From: Nitrosopumilaceae archaeon
GTDB lineage: Archaea; Thermoproteota; Nitrososphaeria; Nitrososphaerales; Nitrosopumilaceae
Length of the DNA: 32,000 bases
Assembly: GCA_035631875.1 (NCBI GenBank)
Contig: DASQHX010000001.1
Span: forward strand, 5,655-37,654
Reading direction: 5' to 3'
The notes below the pieces were generated by a model. That model saw only the letters and a program-made list of their open reading frames with translations, was not told the DNA's origin and ran no database searches. Shown here piece after piece: positions 1-9,063 of the stretch; position 1 is the first letter of the stretch; each line of letters begins with the position of its first letter. Position numbers and translations under genes: made by a program.

Positions 1-1
1 A

Positions 2-1351
2 ACAGTCACATCTTCAGATGGAAGCTTTGTGGTAGAAATATACGATGACAAGGGAAATAAAATTACAGAGTCAGTAGTAAATTCAAAGGGACAAGCTTAC
101 TTTACTAATCTAAAAGTTGGTGATTATGTGTTTCATGCAATAAACTTGAAGGATAATAGTGAATGGGGTAACTCTGAAATAACAATAGATGGAAACCAAA
201 GCCTAGTACAAATTTTCAAAAATCAACCTGCAATAGAGATCAATGGGCAGACAAACACTACTAAAAACCAGATTCCACAGTTATCTAATGTCTCAAGTAA
301 TCAAATCCCCCAAGCATCTAGCACAGCAAAAAATACCACATCATATAATATCCCAAACTGTCATTGTGTTGCATTTCGATTAGATGACATTCAGGATTAT
401 TGGTTAAACAACGTTCAAACTGCAATCATGGATACATTCCAGCAGAAAAATGCCAGTCTAACCATAGGTGTGATTGGCAATTCTTTTGGTGGCGATGTTA
501 AACTGACAGGATATCTACAAAAAAAGATCAAAACCAGTCCATCAATAGAAATAGCAAATAGTGGCTGGAAGTTTGAAGATTTTACTGCATCTAAGCAGAG
601 CGAACAGTCTTTACTTATCAAACAATCAAATGACAAGATATTTTCCTTGTTAGGAATCACACCATCTGTCTTTATTCCACCTTATGGGAAAATTAATAAC
701 GATACATTTGGTGCAATGCATGAAAATAACATTACATTTCTTAGTGCAAATACACTAACCTATCACACAGTTTATTCCACATCCAATACAATTCATCTAT
801 TTCCAGCAACTGTCTCAACTGGTTATGTCAGTTCTGGTAATGGCACATTACACAAATTAACTAATGATGAGATATTTACTAATATCCAAAATAGCTTACG
901 CAATTACGGTTTTGCAGTAGTCACTATATCTTTCCAAGATTATGCAATAAACAATGGAACTGCAACACAAAATGAGCCAGACATGCAACAAATTCAGCAA
1001 CTTGGATCATTAATTGACAAAGTTAGAAATGACGGCATAAAGATTGTAAATATAAGTAAGATCAACAATGGACAAGTATCAAATCAAATTCCACCATGGA
1101 TTAAAAATGATGCAGGATGGTGGGCAAATGGAAAGATATCTGATTCTGATTTTATCAGCGGCATTCAATATATGATACAAAACAATATAATAATTATTCA
1201 AAATCTTCCACAATCAGGGGAATCAAGCAGCCAAATCATTCCACCATGGATTAAAAATAACGCAGGATTGTGGGCAGAAAATAAAATTTCAGATAATGAT
1301 TTTCTCAAGGGAATAGAATTTCTAATACAGCAAGGAACAATCAAAACTTGA
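2..1351 (+). CDS. Secreted multidomain protein, 5'-truncated by the window edge: beta-rich Ig/CarboxypepD_reg-like segment, NodB-like (polysaccharide deacetylase fold) domain, and two C-terminal WIKNxAGxW repeats
   Basis: The frame is open from base 2 (TVTSSDGSF precedes the GTG at 29), so the real start lies upstream of the window. CVAFRLDDIQDYW resembles NodB motif 1 (DD, nt ~376-387). FIPPYGK resembles motif 3 (nt ~677-688). The tandem repeat IPPWIKN[DN]AG[WL]WA..KISD.DF..GI..LIQ sits at the C terminus. Confidence 0.6.
   Translation, partial: TVTSSDGSFVVEIYDDKGNKITESVVNSKGQAYFTNLKVGDYVFHAINLKDNSEWGNSEITIDGNQSLVQIFKNQPAIEINGQTNTTKNQIPQLSNVSSNQIPQASSTAKNTTSYNIPNCHCVAFRLDDIQDYWLNNVQTAIMDTFQQKNASLTIGVIGNSFGGDVKLTGYLQKKIKTSPSIEIANSGWKFEDFTASKQSEQSLLIKQSNDKIFSLLGITPSVFIPPYGKINNDTFGAMHENNITFLSANTLTYHTVYSTSNTIHLFPATVSTGYVSSGNGTLHKLTNDEIFTNIQNSLRNYGFAVVTISFQDYAINNGTATQNEPDMQQIQQLGSLIDKVRNDGIKIVNISKINNGQVSNQIPPWIKNDAGWWANGKISDSDFISGIQYMIQNNIIIIQNLPQSGESSSQIIPPWIKNNAGLWAENKISDNDFLKGIEFLIQQGTIKT
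1081..1348 (+). repeat. Tandem in-frame duplication of a ~35-aa WIKNxAGxW module, two copies separated by a short QNLPQSGESS linker
   Basis: Copy 1 is SNQIPPWIKNDAGWWANGKISDSDFISGIQYMIQNNII. Copy 2 is SSQIIPPWIKNNAGLWAENKISDNDFLKGIEFLIQQGTI. The two copies share an identical 21-nt core attccaccatggattaaaaat, at ~1088-1108 and ~1238-1258. Confidence 0.85.
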
Positions 1352-1361
1352 CATGTAAGTT

Positions 1362-1685
1362 CTATTTGTTTGGTCCAACCATTTCATCACTTTTGACATT
1401 CTGATCCCATTTTCCACGAATTCCTTTTACCAGTACAAACACGCCTACTCCAATCAGGCCTAGAGATGAAACAAGAAAGAAAAACATGTCTTGCATTTTT
1501 TCGTCGCATTTTACTGCTACAGAATTACCGTCTGGCGTGTAATCATAACAAACATCAAACTGTCTAGATTGAATCACATACTGTTGATATTGTGCACCGG
1601 TTATACCCCCTAAAAGAAAACCAGCAAACGCAAGAACAGAGCCTAATATTACAAGCCTAGTATCGCTCACATGGGTAATTTGCAT
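1362..1685 (-). CDS. Small integral membrane protein of unknown function (two predicted TM helices)
   Basis: Two hydrophobic stretches, LVILGSVLAFAGFLLGGITGA and MFFFLVSSLGLIGVGVFVLV, flank a loop containing two Cys. No family was recognised. Confidence 0.45.
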   Translation of the reverse strand: MQITHVSDTRLVILGSVLAFAGFLLGGITGAQYQQYVIQSRQFDVCYDYTPDGNSVAVKCDEKMQDMFFFLVSSLGLIGVGVFVLVKGIRGKWDQNVKSDEMVGPNK

Positions 1686-1733
1686 CGTGTAATATTTAAT
1701 GTTGTAAGCATTTAATGTAATAGAGATATTTCT

Positions 1734-3014
1734 ATGGTTTTTGGATGGGGAAAGAAAAAATCAACAAACGAAGCAGTGGAATCAACAAGACATGAAAGAC
1801 AAATTTCCTTTTCTGATATCAATCCAATTTTAAAGGAAAGTGAAACACATCTACTTGAAAAAATTCTTGAGCAGGCAAAATCAATAAGGGAGCAAATAGA
1901 CACAGAGCGAAAAAACATCATACAAACAATGTCGTTATTTGAAAATGATGATCTTGATGCAGAAGATGTTGACAGATCACTCAAAGTGCTAATAGAGCGT
2001 GGAAAAAAAGCCGTAGTTTTAGGACTAAAACGTGAAACTGCAGTGAATCTATCAAATCTAGAAACTTTTCCAAATTTAGCAAATTTAAATTTGCAAACAG
2101 GTCAGATGCTAAAAAGAATTGGAGATGTTTTGGGTATAAATTCCCGGGTAATGCATGTTTTTGCTAGAAAGTATGCAGACAAACTCAAAGAAGACCTTGC
2201 AGAGATGGCCAAAAACAAAAGATACCTACAGGCACTAGTTGACGAATACGCTAATTTTGAGGCAACATCTAAAAACATTTTAGAATCAATAGAAGAAATT
2301 AAAAAATCAAAAAAAGAAATTGAAGATAAAAATCACAGATTAATCGAATTACAAAAAGAAATTGAGGATCATAAAAATACAATTAATAATTTGGAAAATG
2401 ATATACGAAACCTCAAATCAACAAAAGAATATCAAGAATTCCTAAATGTAAAAAAAGACATGGAATCTCTAATGCCAGAAAAAAAGTCTATTAAAAATGA
2501 AATTGACGTGCAATTTTCGAAAATATCAAGACCTCTTGGAAAATATAGCTATATTTCCTCGCTTGAAAAGCCTCTCAAAATCATCATGGATAGATTGGTT
2601 GCAGACCCATCTGAAGTAATCACAACTGAAAACAAGAATTCTATCATAGAAATATTACAGGCAACTGTAAAATCAGTTGTAGCAGGTAATGTCTCTGTCA
2701 AAGATTCACAAAAGGCAGCGGAACAAATCGAGGAAACCATAAACAGACTGGATGAATTTATCAATCTAAAACACAATCTAGCAAAAAAAATGAATGAGTT
2801 TGAAAGTAGGTTTGTTATTTTCAATATTAGAGATTTAGAGGAGAAGGAAAAAAAAGTGACACGAATCAAAGAGGATATCATACAATCAGAGTCATCTCTA
2901 AAAACTCTAGAAAAAGAGTTTTCTGAAGAAGCAAAACGCCCACCACAGATTGCTCATGATATTGAAACAAAGATAAACGAAATTTCTCAAACCAAAATAA
3001 CTTTGAAAATTTAA
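1734..3014 (+). CDS. Coiled-coil protein of unknown function
   Basis: The 426-aa ORF has K/E/L/I/N-rich heptad-like sequence over most of its length, for example KKSKKEIEDKNHRLIELQKEIEDHKNTINNLENDIRNLK. No catalytic motif was seen. Confidence 0.55.
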   Translation: MVFGWGKKKSTNEAVESTRHERQISFSDINPILKESETHLLEKILEQAKSIREQIDTERKNIIQTMSLFENDDLDAEDVDRSLKVLIERGKKAVVLGLKRETAVNLSNLETFPNLANLNLQTGQMLKRIGDVLGINSRVMHVFARKYADKLKEDLAEMAKNKRYLQALVDEYANFEATSKNILESIEEIKKSKKEIEDKNHRLIELQKEIEDHKNTINNLENDIRNLKSTKEYQEFLNVKKDMESLMPEKKSIKNEIDVQFSKISRPLGKYSYISSLEKPLKIIMDRLVADPSEVITTENKNSIIEILQATVKSVVAGNVSVKDSQKAAEQIEETINRLDEFINLKHNLAKKMNEFESRFVIFNIRDLEEKEKKVTRIKEDIIQSESSLKTLEKEFSEEAKRPPQIAHDIETKINEISQTKITLKI

Positions 3015-3068
3015 GTTATGGAACACTATTCTTCAAAGATTAATTAATTTGGATACCAAGAAAACCAT

Positions 3069-3482
3069 ATGATCTTCTTTAAAAAAGAAAAACTGCAACG
3101 GACAATCACCATAACAAAAGATACTCGTGATGGCATACTAACTTATTGCAAGCTCAATCATCCCAATGAGGGAATTCTTATCTTACGTGGCAAGTCCAAA
3201 AAAGGAATCATATCCATAGATGGTTTGGTAATTCCGCCTTTTTCGCATCACGGACCTACTTTTGCAGGATTTCCACACTCGTTTTTACCATTTGATCCAA
3301 GCTATGTAGGTACTGTTCATTCCCATCCATCAGGTGCAGCAAGACCATCAGTTACAGATCTACATAATTTCTTTGGATTTGTTTCATTAATTGTCCAATC
3401 ACCATATGAAGACGATGACATTTTTGCATATGATAGAGATGGAAATCTACTCGAAATCACATTAAGTCCGGACCAATCATGA
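3069..3482 (+). CDS. Minimal stand-alone JAMM/MPN+ metalloprotease (deubiquitinase/desampylase-like)
   Basis: The JAMM signature is complete: an upstream Glu (HPNEGILIL) and HSHPSGAARPSVTD, which is H-x-H-x7-S-x2-D (nt ~3318-3359). At 137 aa the protein is catalytic domain only. Confidence 0.85.
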   Translation: MIFFKKEKLQRTITITKDTRDGILTYCKLNHPNEGILILRGKSKKGIISIDGLVIPPFSHHGPTFAGFPHSFLPFDPSYVGTVHSHPSGAARPSVTDLHNFFGFVSLIVQSPYEDDDIFAYDRDGNLLEITLSPDQS

Positions 3483-3500
3483 CAAAAACTTATAAGCTTT

Positions 3501-3827
3501 TTGCGACAAGATGATGTGTTGATTAATTACAAATCATATTTAATTTTCCTTTTCGGTTCTTTGGCTGTGAGTATAGGACTACAAATGATCTTGCCATGGC
3601 CATTTGGATTAATGGCAGCCCTAGCTATCTTCATCGTATTTCCATTGTTCTTAAGAAACAGAGCATTGAAGAGGATGGGTGGCGGATTTGGTGGTGACCC
3701 TGGTGGCGGTGGCGGATTCTTTGGACAGAGTCAAGGTGTAAAGTACATTTGCCTTACATGTAACAACAGGTACAAAGGAGGCGCTTGTCCAAGATGTGGT
3801 TCTAAGATGAAAAGAGCAGACTTTTAA
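3501..3827 (+). CDS. Small membrane protein with a Gly-rich linker and a C-terminal zinc ribbon
   Basis: Two hydrophobic helices (LIFLFGSLAVSIGLQMILPWPF and LMAALAIFIVFPLFL) are followed by GGGFGGDPGGGGGFFG and then CLTC-x12-CPRC. The track start is TTG, so the true start is uncertain. Confidence 0.5.
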   Translation: MRQDDVLINYKSYLIFLFGSLAVSIGLQMILPWPFGLMAALAIFIVFPLFLRNRALKRMGGGFGGDPGGGGGFFGQSQGVKYICLTCNNRYKGGACPRCGSKMKRADF

Positions 3828-3839
3828 AAGCATCACATC

Positions 3840-4169
3840 ATGACACTTGAAGAACTTCGAAAAAAAGCATTATTCCAAAATACAATAGACACATGGATAA
3901 TGCTATGTGAGGAAACCAGATCAGATTGGTACTTGCCAGAAAATTACAAAAAATTCATTGCGCATCTTACAAAAAGCGGTTTGAAGATGCAAAAATTTCC
4001 TCTTTGCATAAAAGAAACAGGTGGCATGTATCAACGAGGTAAAGACAAGACCCAATTTGCAGAATCTCTTGCTCAGGAAACAGATCCTAATGCAGCTGCC
4101 TATACAATAAAGCTAAATGATGAAATAATAAAAATAATCAGGCAGTTCAATCCTACCGCTTTAGCCTAG
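3840..4169 (+). CDS. Hypothetical protein
   Basis: The 109-aa ORF begins 12 nt after the preceding same-strand gene. No motif was recognised. Its 3' end overlaps the convergent permease gene by 17 nt. Confidence 0.4.
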   Translation: MTLEELRKKALFQNTIDTWIMLCEETRSDWYLPENYKKFIAHLTKSGLKMQKFPLCIKETGGMYQRGKDKTQFAESLAQETDPNAAAYTIKLNDEIIKIIRQFNPTALA

Positions 4170-5517
4170 GATTAACTATTACGTCCATTGCGTGTCCAAT
4201 AAAGACAAATGCCAGGCCTGTCATTGCAATCATAATTCCTGGCGGCAGAATCCACCACCAAAGACCTCTTGCTGCAGCACCATAAGTATTAGCATCATGT
4301 AAAATTTGTCCCCATGTTGGAAATGTGGGATCACCCAGTCCCAAAAAGCTAAGACCTGCCTCAGTAGTGATTGCAGCTGGTACTGATATAGCAATACTAG
4401 CAAATGCATATGGTAAAAGCTGAGGAATTATGTGTTTGAATATAATTTTGTAGTCTTTTTGTCCCATTATCTTTGAAGCTTCTACATATTGTAAGGTTTT
4501 AATCTGTAAAGCCATGCTTCGCGAAACTTTTGCAATTCCAACCCACCCAAAGAGAACCAAAAACCCTACAATTAAGAAAATGCTGTTACCAATTGTTACT
4601 GCTAAAATTATCAAAAGGGGCAGAGCAGGCATTGCATAAATAATATCATTAAAGCGCATTAATGATTCGTCTGTCTTTTTCCCCTTGTAACCTGCAAATA
4701 CACCATATACCAATCCAATAACCACAGAACCAATTGCTACAGTTATGCCAATAAACAATGCAAGCGGAGTACCCCACAACAATCCAACAGTCAAGTTCCG
4801 CCTAAGCTCATCAGTTCCCATCAAACCATATACTTTTCCTCCCAAGATAAATTTAGAAGTCTCAAGGTTTGATTTTAAATTAATGCTATACAGATTCACT
4901 TTGAAAAAATAATGCCCATTTAACACATTATTCTGTCCAGTCTTAGAAAAAACAATATCTTGTGCAAGTAGAGAATCAATTGGAAATACGAAATTGTCTT
5001 TATTTTTTCTAATATTTTTCATCATAGAATCATCTGTTGAAAAAATAAACCCGTGATATGATGTTTCAATTTTTGATTGAGGAAGCGAGGTTGATATCAA
5101 TTGGAATTCCTTTCCATCCGGTCTTGTAACCCAAATTTGCAGCAATGGGGATCCGGTATATTTTGCAGCATATTCGTAGATAAAATCACTTGGAAATTTA
5201 TCATAGTTATAATCAACAACAAAAATATTACTAGTCAGAAATATGTCCCCAACATTTTGTGATGCAACTTGAGGATTTTGTAAAATCATATGCTCTGGCA
5301 TTTTTTCTGAAAGAAAATAATTCACCCATGCAGGAAGAGCAGACTTTGGAAAAGTTAACCAGCTTGATGGATCATTCCATTCCTTAAAACTCTCTATTGG
5401 AATGGTAAGAACAGCTGCTGCCGACATTGCAAAAAGGATTACTAGTATTCCTATTCCTGCTAGACCGATTTTATTTTTTGAAAATTCATGCCAGACCTCT
5501 TTTGAAGAAAAAATCAT
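4153..5517 (-). CDS. ABC transporter permease, peptide/nickel (OppC/DppC) type, with a large extracytoplasmic insertion after TM1
   Basis: The C-terminal half carries typical binding-protein-dependent permease sequence (EASKIMGQKDYKIIFKHIIPQLLPY, TEAGLSFLGLGDP). About 190 non-hydrophobic residues (nt ~4812-5385) lie between TM1 and the next TM. The ATGA overlap with the upstream permease is at 5514-5517. Confidence 0.85.
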   Translation of the reverse strand: MIFSSKEVWHEFSKNKIGLAGIGILVILFAMSAAAVLTIPIESFKEWNDPSSWLTFPKSALPAWVNYFLSEKMPEHMILQNPQVASQNVGDIFLTSNIFVVDYNYDKFPSDFIYEYAAKYTGSPLLQIWVTRPDGKEFQLISTSLPQSKIETSYHGFIFSTDDSMMKNIRKNKDNFVFPIDSLLAQDIVFSKTGQNNVLNGHYFFKVNLYSINLKSNLETSKFILGGKVYGLMGTDELRRNLTVGLLWGTPLALFIGITVAIGSVVIGLVYGVFAGYKGKKTDESLMRFNDIIYAMPALPLLIILAVTIGNSIFLIVGFLVLFGWVGIAKVSRSMALQIKTLQYVEASKIMGQKDYKIIFKHIIPQLLPYAFASIAISVPAAITTEAGLSFLGLGDPTFPTWGQILHDANTYGAAARGLWWWILPPGIMIAMTGLAFVFIGHAMDVIVNPRLKR

Positions 5518-6572
5518 CCTTTTCTCACCCTTGGATCAAAGTAACCATACAAAACATCTGCCAAGAATATACTAACAAGGAAAAATGCAGTCAAGACATA
5601 TGTTTCACCAATTATCACAGGCAAATCAAGTACGTTGATTGCCTCATAGTATAGCCTTCCCATTCCTGGCCAATCAAATACAGCCTCTGTGATTATAGCA
5701 CCACCAAGCGACCCAGAGAGACTCAATGCTAGAACAGTAATAATTGGCGGTGCTGCATTTTTGAGTGCATGAGTATAGATTATCTTTTTTTCACTAATGC
5801 CAGCTGCTCTTTTTGCTGTCACAAAATCTTCTTGCATAATTCCAACAATGAAATTTCTTACTAGATATGCCCATGAACCAAACCCAATTAGCACCAATGT
5901 GATTAGCGGAAGTGCCATGTGATACAAGAGTGAGGCAATGTATCCAGGGTCTGTCACAGGAATTAATGGCGTTGCCCTTGCTGGAAAGATCTGGTACACA
6001 AACGCAAATACAAAGATCATAAGCATACCTATCCACCAGACTGGAAAGCTACTGCTAATGATAGCAAAAGTTGAGGTTATCTTGTCTAGTTTTGAGTTTA
6101 TCTTGCTTCCGGAGAGTGCGCCAAGAAATATTCCAATTAATGAAATTATCAAAGTAGCAGTTGTAAAAAGTAAAATTGTTCTAGGCATCTTCTCAAGTAT
6201 TATATCTTTTACATCAGACGAACCAGTATCGCTAGTAAGAAATTTTGCATGTCCAAAATCAAGTGTTAGGATTTTATACATTGAGAGTCCTAGTCTTGGT
6301 GGATAATACCAAGGCTTGTCAAGTCCTAATGCATCTGTTCTTTGTTTTATTTGATTTTCTACAAACGCATCAAGTTCTTGTGGATTTTTAAAACTTGTAA
6401 CAAGATGTTTGTTATCAGTAACTTGCTGCCTTATCTCAAGTGCGACGCTTTGTTTTAAAATTGCATCCATGTTAGAGCCGACAAGTGCGATAGTAATCAA
6501 CAGTGTAGCCATGAGCACTCCAAACATTGTTACAGCTCGTTTTATGACGAATCGTTTGAAGCTCATCTTCAT
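5514..6572 (-). CDS. ABC transporter permease, peptide/nickel (OppB/DppB) type
   Basis: LGLDKPWYYP...LDFGHAKF is a typical OppB N-terminal periplasmic segment. The ORF also has six hydrophobic segments and AKRAAGISEKKIIYTHALKNAAPPIIT, an EAA-like loop. Confidence 0.9.
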   Translation of the reverse strand: MKMSFKRFVIKRAVTMFGVLMATLLITIALVGSNMDAILKQSVALEIRQQVTDNKHLVTSFKNPQELDAFVENQIKQRTDALGLDKPWYYPPRLGLSMYKILTLDFGHAKFLTSDTGSSDVKDIILEKMPRTILLFTTATLIISLIGIFLGALSGSKINSKLDKITSTFAIISSSFPVWWIGMLMIFVFAFVYQIFPARATPLIPVTDPGYIASLLYHMALPLITLVLIGFGSWAYLVRNFIVGIMQEDFVTAKRAAGISEKKIIYTHALKNAAPPIITVLALSLSGSLGGAIITEAVFDWPGMGRLYYEAINVLDLPVIIGETYVLTAFFLVSIFLADVLYGYFDPRVRKG

Positions 6573-6600
6573 CTGATAACTATTCCAGAGTTAATAACAT

Positions 6601-9063
6601 CTAGGATTTTTTTCTTTTCTTTAATGTTATTATGATTCCAGTAGCAATTACTACAATGGCAATACCAATTGCAATATAGCCAGAACCAGCAATTGAGATT
6701 CCAGAGGCAGATACAACATTTTCAGGAATTATTAGATTTTCACCCTGAATTCCTAAAAAGCTAGTATAAAACATGTCAGGTTTGAGGGCAGATTCTGATA
6801 CTGCAAATATTCTCAAGTCATTTGCACCCATACTCAAAAGCAATGTTTTTTCTCTTGATAGTGTGATATTCATGTTGCCAGTCTTTGATTGTAATGTACC
6901 TGAATCCACCATACTACCATCAGCATTTAGAAAATAATAGTAGACAGTAGAGTTGGGCGTGACAGAAACGGGAATTGTCAGTTCTTTACCCAATGAAACA
7001 GTTGTAGGAACATCAATGCTGTTTATCTTGGCAACATCAACGTTCTCAAATTTTTTCCAGTAACCTGCTCCAAATGGATATGTAGGATCATCAAATGCCT
7101 TTATAGTTATGATTCTAGCCTCTGGAGAATAACTATCAAGATAAAATGGACCATTACTTATTACTGCATGATTATGTTTTTCAATCCATGATATAGATGA
7201 AGAATATCTATCAGAATAGTATTGTTGTGAATTTTGTGTAAACCCTACTAATGCAACAGGAATAGAATTTGATTTTGAAAAATCTTCTAGATTTGATTTT
7301 ATCATATTTGCATCATTTGGTACAAGTAATGAGAACCAGTCAACATTTTTACTAACAGACTCTGATCTTGAAAATGCAACCTTACCATCGGTCACAGATT
7401 TTTCCATGGCATAAAATATCTCCCAAGGCATGGAAGGAAATACACCTGCAGAATCAGCAATCTCTCCTTCATCAAAGTGCCAATAGTCCTGATAAACTTC
7501 AATTGTGTTTTTATCAATAACCCTAATTCCAATTAACGTCTTTGCCGCTTGATTTGCCTTTGGTGAATATTCTGAATCAAATGTCTTGTTATTTTCAGAA
7601 TGTTCCGCTCCCCATTGATATAGGAAATAAATCGAATACAATACATCATTCATGTCCATTGGTTGACCATTATGCCAGTTTCCAAATGTTAGATGAAATG
7701 TTACCTTGCTTGTAGATTTTATACCATTACCAACTTGAAGCCATTTTTGCTGAATAGGATCCCATTTTATCGCATCAGATGGTACGTCCAGCTTGCCATT
7801 TGGCCCTGCTGTTTCCACTTTCCAACTAGAGCGAACAGGAATAGTTACTCCAGTATATGGATTCTTGAAACTTCCTGGATCAGTTATTGCTCCCAAAATT
7901 TGTTGACTAGTAGAATCACTAAAACCTGCAATAGGATTCCAAGCACCCTGGTAAATCTTGTTTACCCCAATTGTCAGAGAGGTAGAATTATCTCTTGCAT
8001 TAATTGGGGTAAATCTACTTGTAATTCCAGCACCAAAATCATTTACTACACCATCTACTTTTTTGTTTGATACAAACTGATCGATTTTACTTACAAGAAA
8101 AATTCGGACAGATTCTTTAAGACCTTCATTAACTGCCTTTTTGAGTAAATCAGTTCTTTGTTCTGCTGATGTAAAATTCCCTATGAAAATACTTTGTGAA
8201 AGAGAATCCATGTAATCATCTTTGTAATTCCAATAGGAGGGATTGTTAAATCCAGGCATGTTAGAAAACCACGGCGAATACATTTGTGCAGTCACAACAG
8301 AATCATATCGTACAAATCCACTTGATGCCCAACCCTCAGTATAGATATTCCATTTTAGATCAGATGGGTTTGAACCATACACGATTGTATATGCCTTGTT
8401 TAAATCACCATAATCCCTTTTTACAGAAAATCCAATTTTTTCTAGTTGTGAGGAAATTATCTCACCAATTGACTTTCGTATTTGATCATCACTTCTAATA
8501 AAAATTGTAATCTCTACTGGTTTTGAATCATAGTACCATTTGTTGTCAATTTTTTGTGCCCCAGCCTTTGTTAGAGAGTCTGAAATCATTTGCTCTGCAA
8601 ATGAAGGATTATATCTAAAGTTAAATGATTCAAGCTCACCTAAAATCAAAAGATAATCGGGATCAAATGGTTTGTATGCTGAAATCATTGACACTCCATA
8701 ACCGCCAAGAAGTTCATTAACAATTAGATCCCTATCAACCAAATAATTTAGTGCAAATCTAACATCTTTTATTGAAAAAGGATTGAATTTTGTAGACGGA
8801 GCAGGGTTTACAAGAAGACTATACGATTGACCTGTTGATTGAAATATTTTCAAACCCTCTTGTGATTGAGGATCAGAAATTCTGTCAAAAGGGATCGGAG
8901 AATAATAAATGTCCAAATTTCCATTTTTTACTTCCTCAAGTGCAGTATTTTCATCAGAATATTGGATAAATTGTATCTTGTCTACGTAAGTTCCCTTGTC
9001 AGCAAAAACAAGACTGGAACCAAAAACAAAAACAACACCACACAGTATTAAAAGTGGATTCAA
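6601..9063 (-). CDS. ABC transporter substrate-binding protein (family 5 peptide/nickel-like) with an extra C-terminal beta-rich domain and a C-terminal TM anchor
   Basis: The gene lies directly upstream of, and on the same strand as, the OppB/OppC permeases. It has an N-terminal signal-like MNPLLILCGVVFVFGSSLVFA. The 820-aa ectodomain ends in YIAIGIAIVVIATGIIITLKKRKKS, a TM helix plus basic tail (nt ~6604-6700). Confidence 0.75.
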   Translation of the reverse strand: MNPLLILCGVVFVFGSSLVFADKGTYVDKIQFIQYSDENTALEEVKNGNLDIYYSPIPFDRISDPQSQEGLKIFQSTGQSYSLLVNPAPSTKFNPFSIKDVRFALNYLVDRDLIVNELLGGYGVSMISAYKPFDPDYLLILGELESFNFRYNPSFAEQMISDSLTKAGAQKIDNKWYYDSKPVEITIFIRSDDQIRKSIGEIISSQLEKIGFSVKRDYGDLNKAYTIVYGSNPSDLKWNIYTEGWASSGFVRYDSVVTAQMYSPWFSNMPGFNNPSYWNYKDDYMDSLSQSIFIGNFTSAEQRTDLLKKAVNEGLKESVRIFLVSKIDQFVSNKKVDGVVNDFGAGITSRFTPINARDNSTSLTIGVNKIYQGAWNPIAGFSDSTSQQILGAITDPGSFKNPYTGVTIPVRSSWKVETAGPNGKLDVPSDAIKWDPIQQKWLQVGNGIKSTSKVTFHLTFGNWHNGQPMDMNDVLYSIYFLYQWGAEHSENNKTFDSEYSPKANQAAKTLIGIRVIDKNTIEVYQDYWHFDEGEIADSAGVFPSMPWEIFYAMEKSVTDGKVAFSRSESVSKNVDWFSLLVPNDANMIKSNLEDFSKSNSIPVALVGFTQNSQQYYSDRYSSSISWIEKHNHAVISNGPFYLDSYSPEARIITIKAFDDPTYPFGAGYWKKFENVDVAKINSIDVPTTVSLGKELTIPVSVTPNSTVYYYFLNADGSMVDSGTLQSKTGNMNITLSREKTLLLSMGANDLRIFAVSESALKPDMFYTSFLGIQGENLIIPENVVSASGISIAGSGYIAIGIAIVVIATGIIITLKKRKKS

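Noticed and set aside
5938-6306. The 122-aa plus-strand ORF antisense to the OppB-like permease. Similar antisense ORFs occur at 415-660, 1712-1984, 2549-2881, 7693-8070, 14381-14668, 17169-17399, 24712-25026, 28306-28656 and 31521-31775.
   Set aside because: All lie wholly inside well-supported genes on the opposite strand. Their sequences are low-complexity or Cys/Phe/Ser-rich, which is typical of shadow frames in AT-rich DNA. No motifs were recognised.
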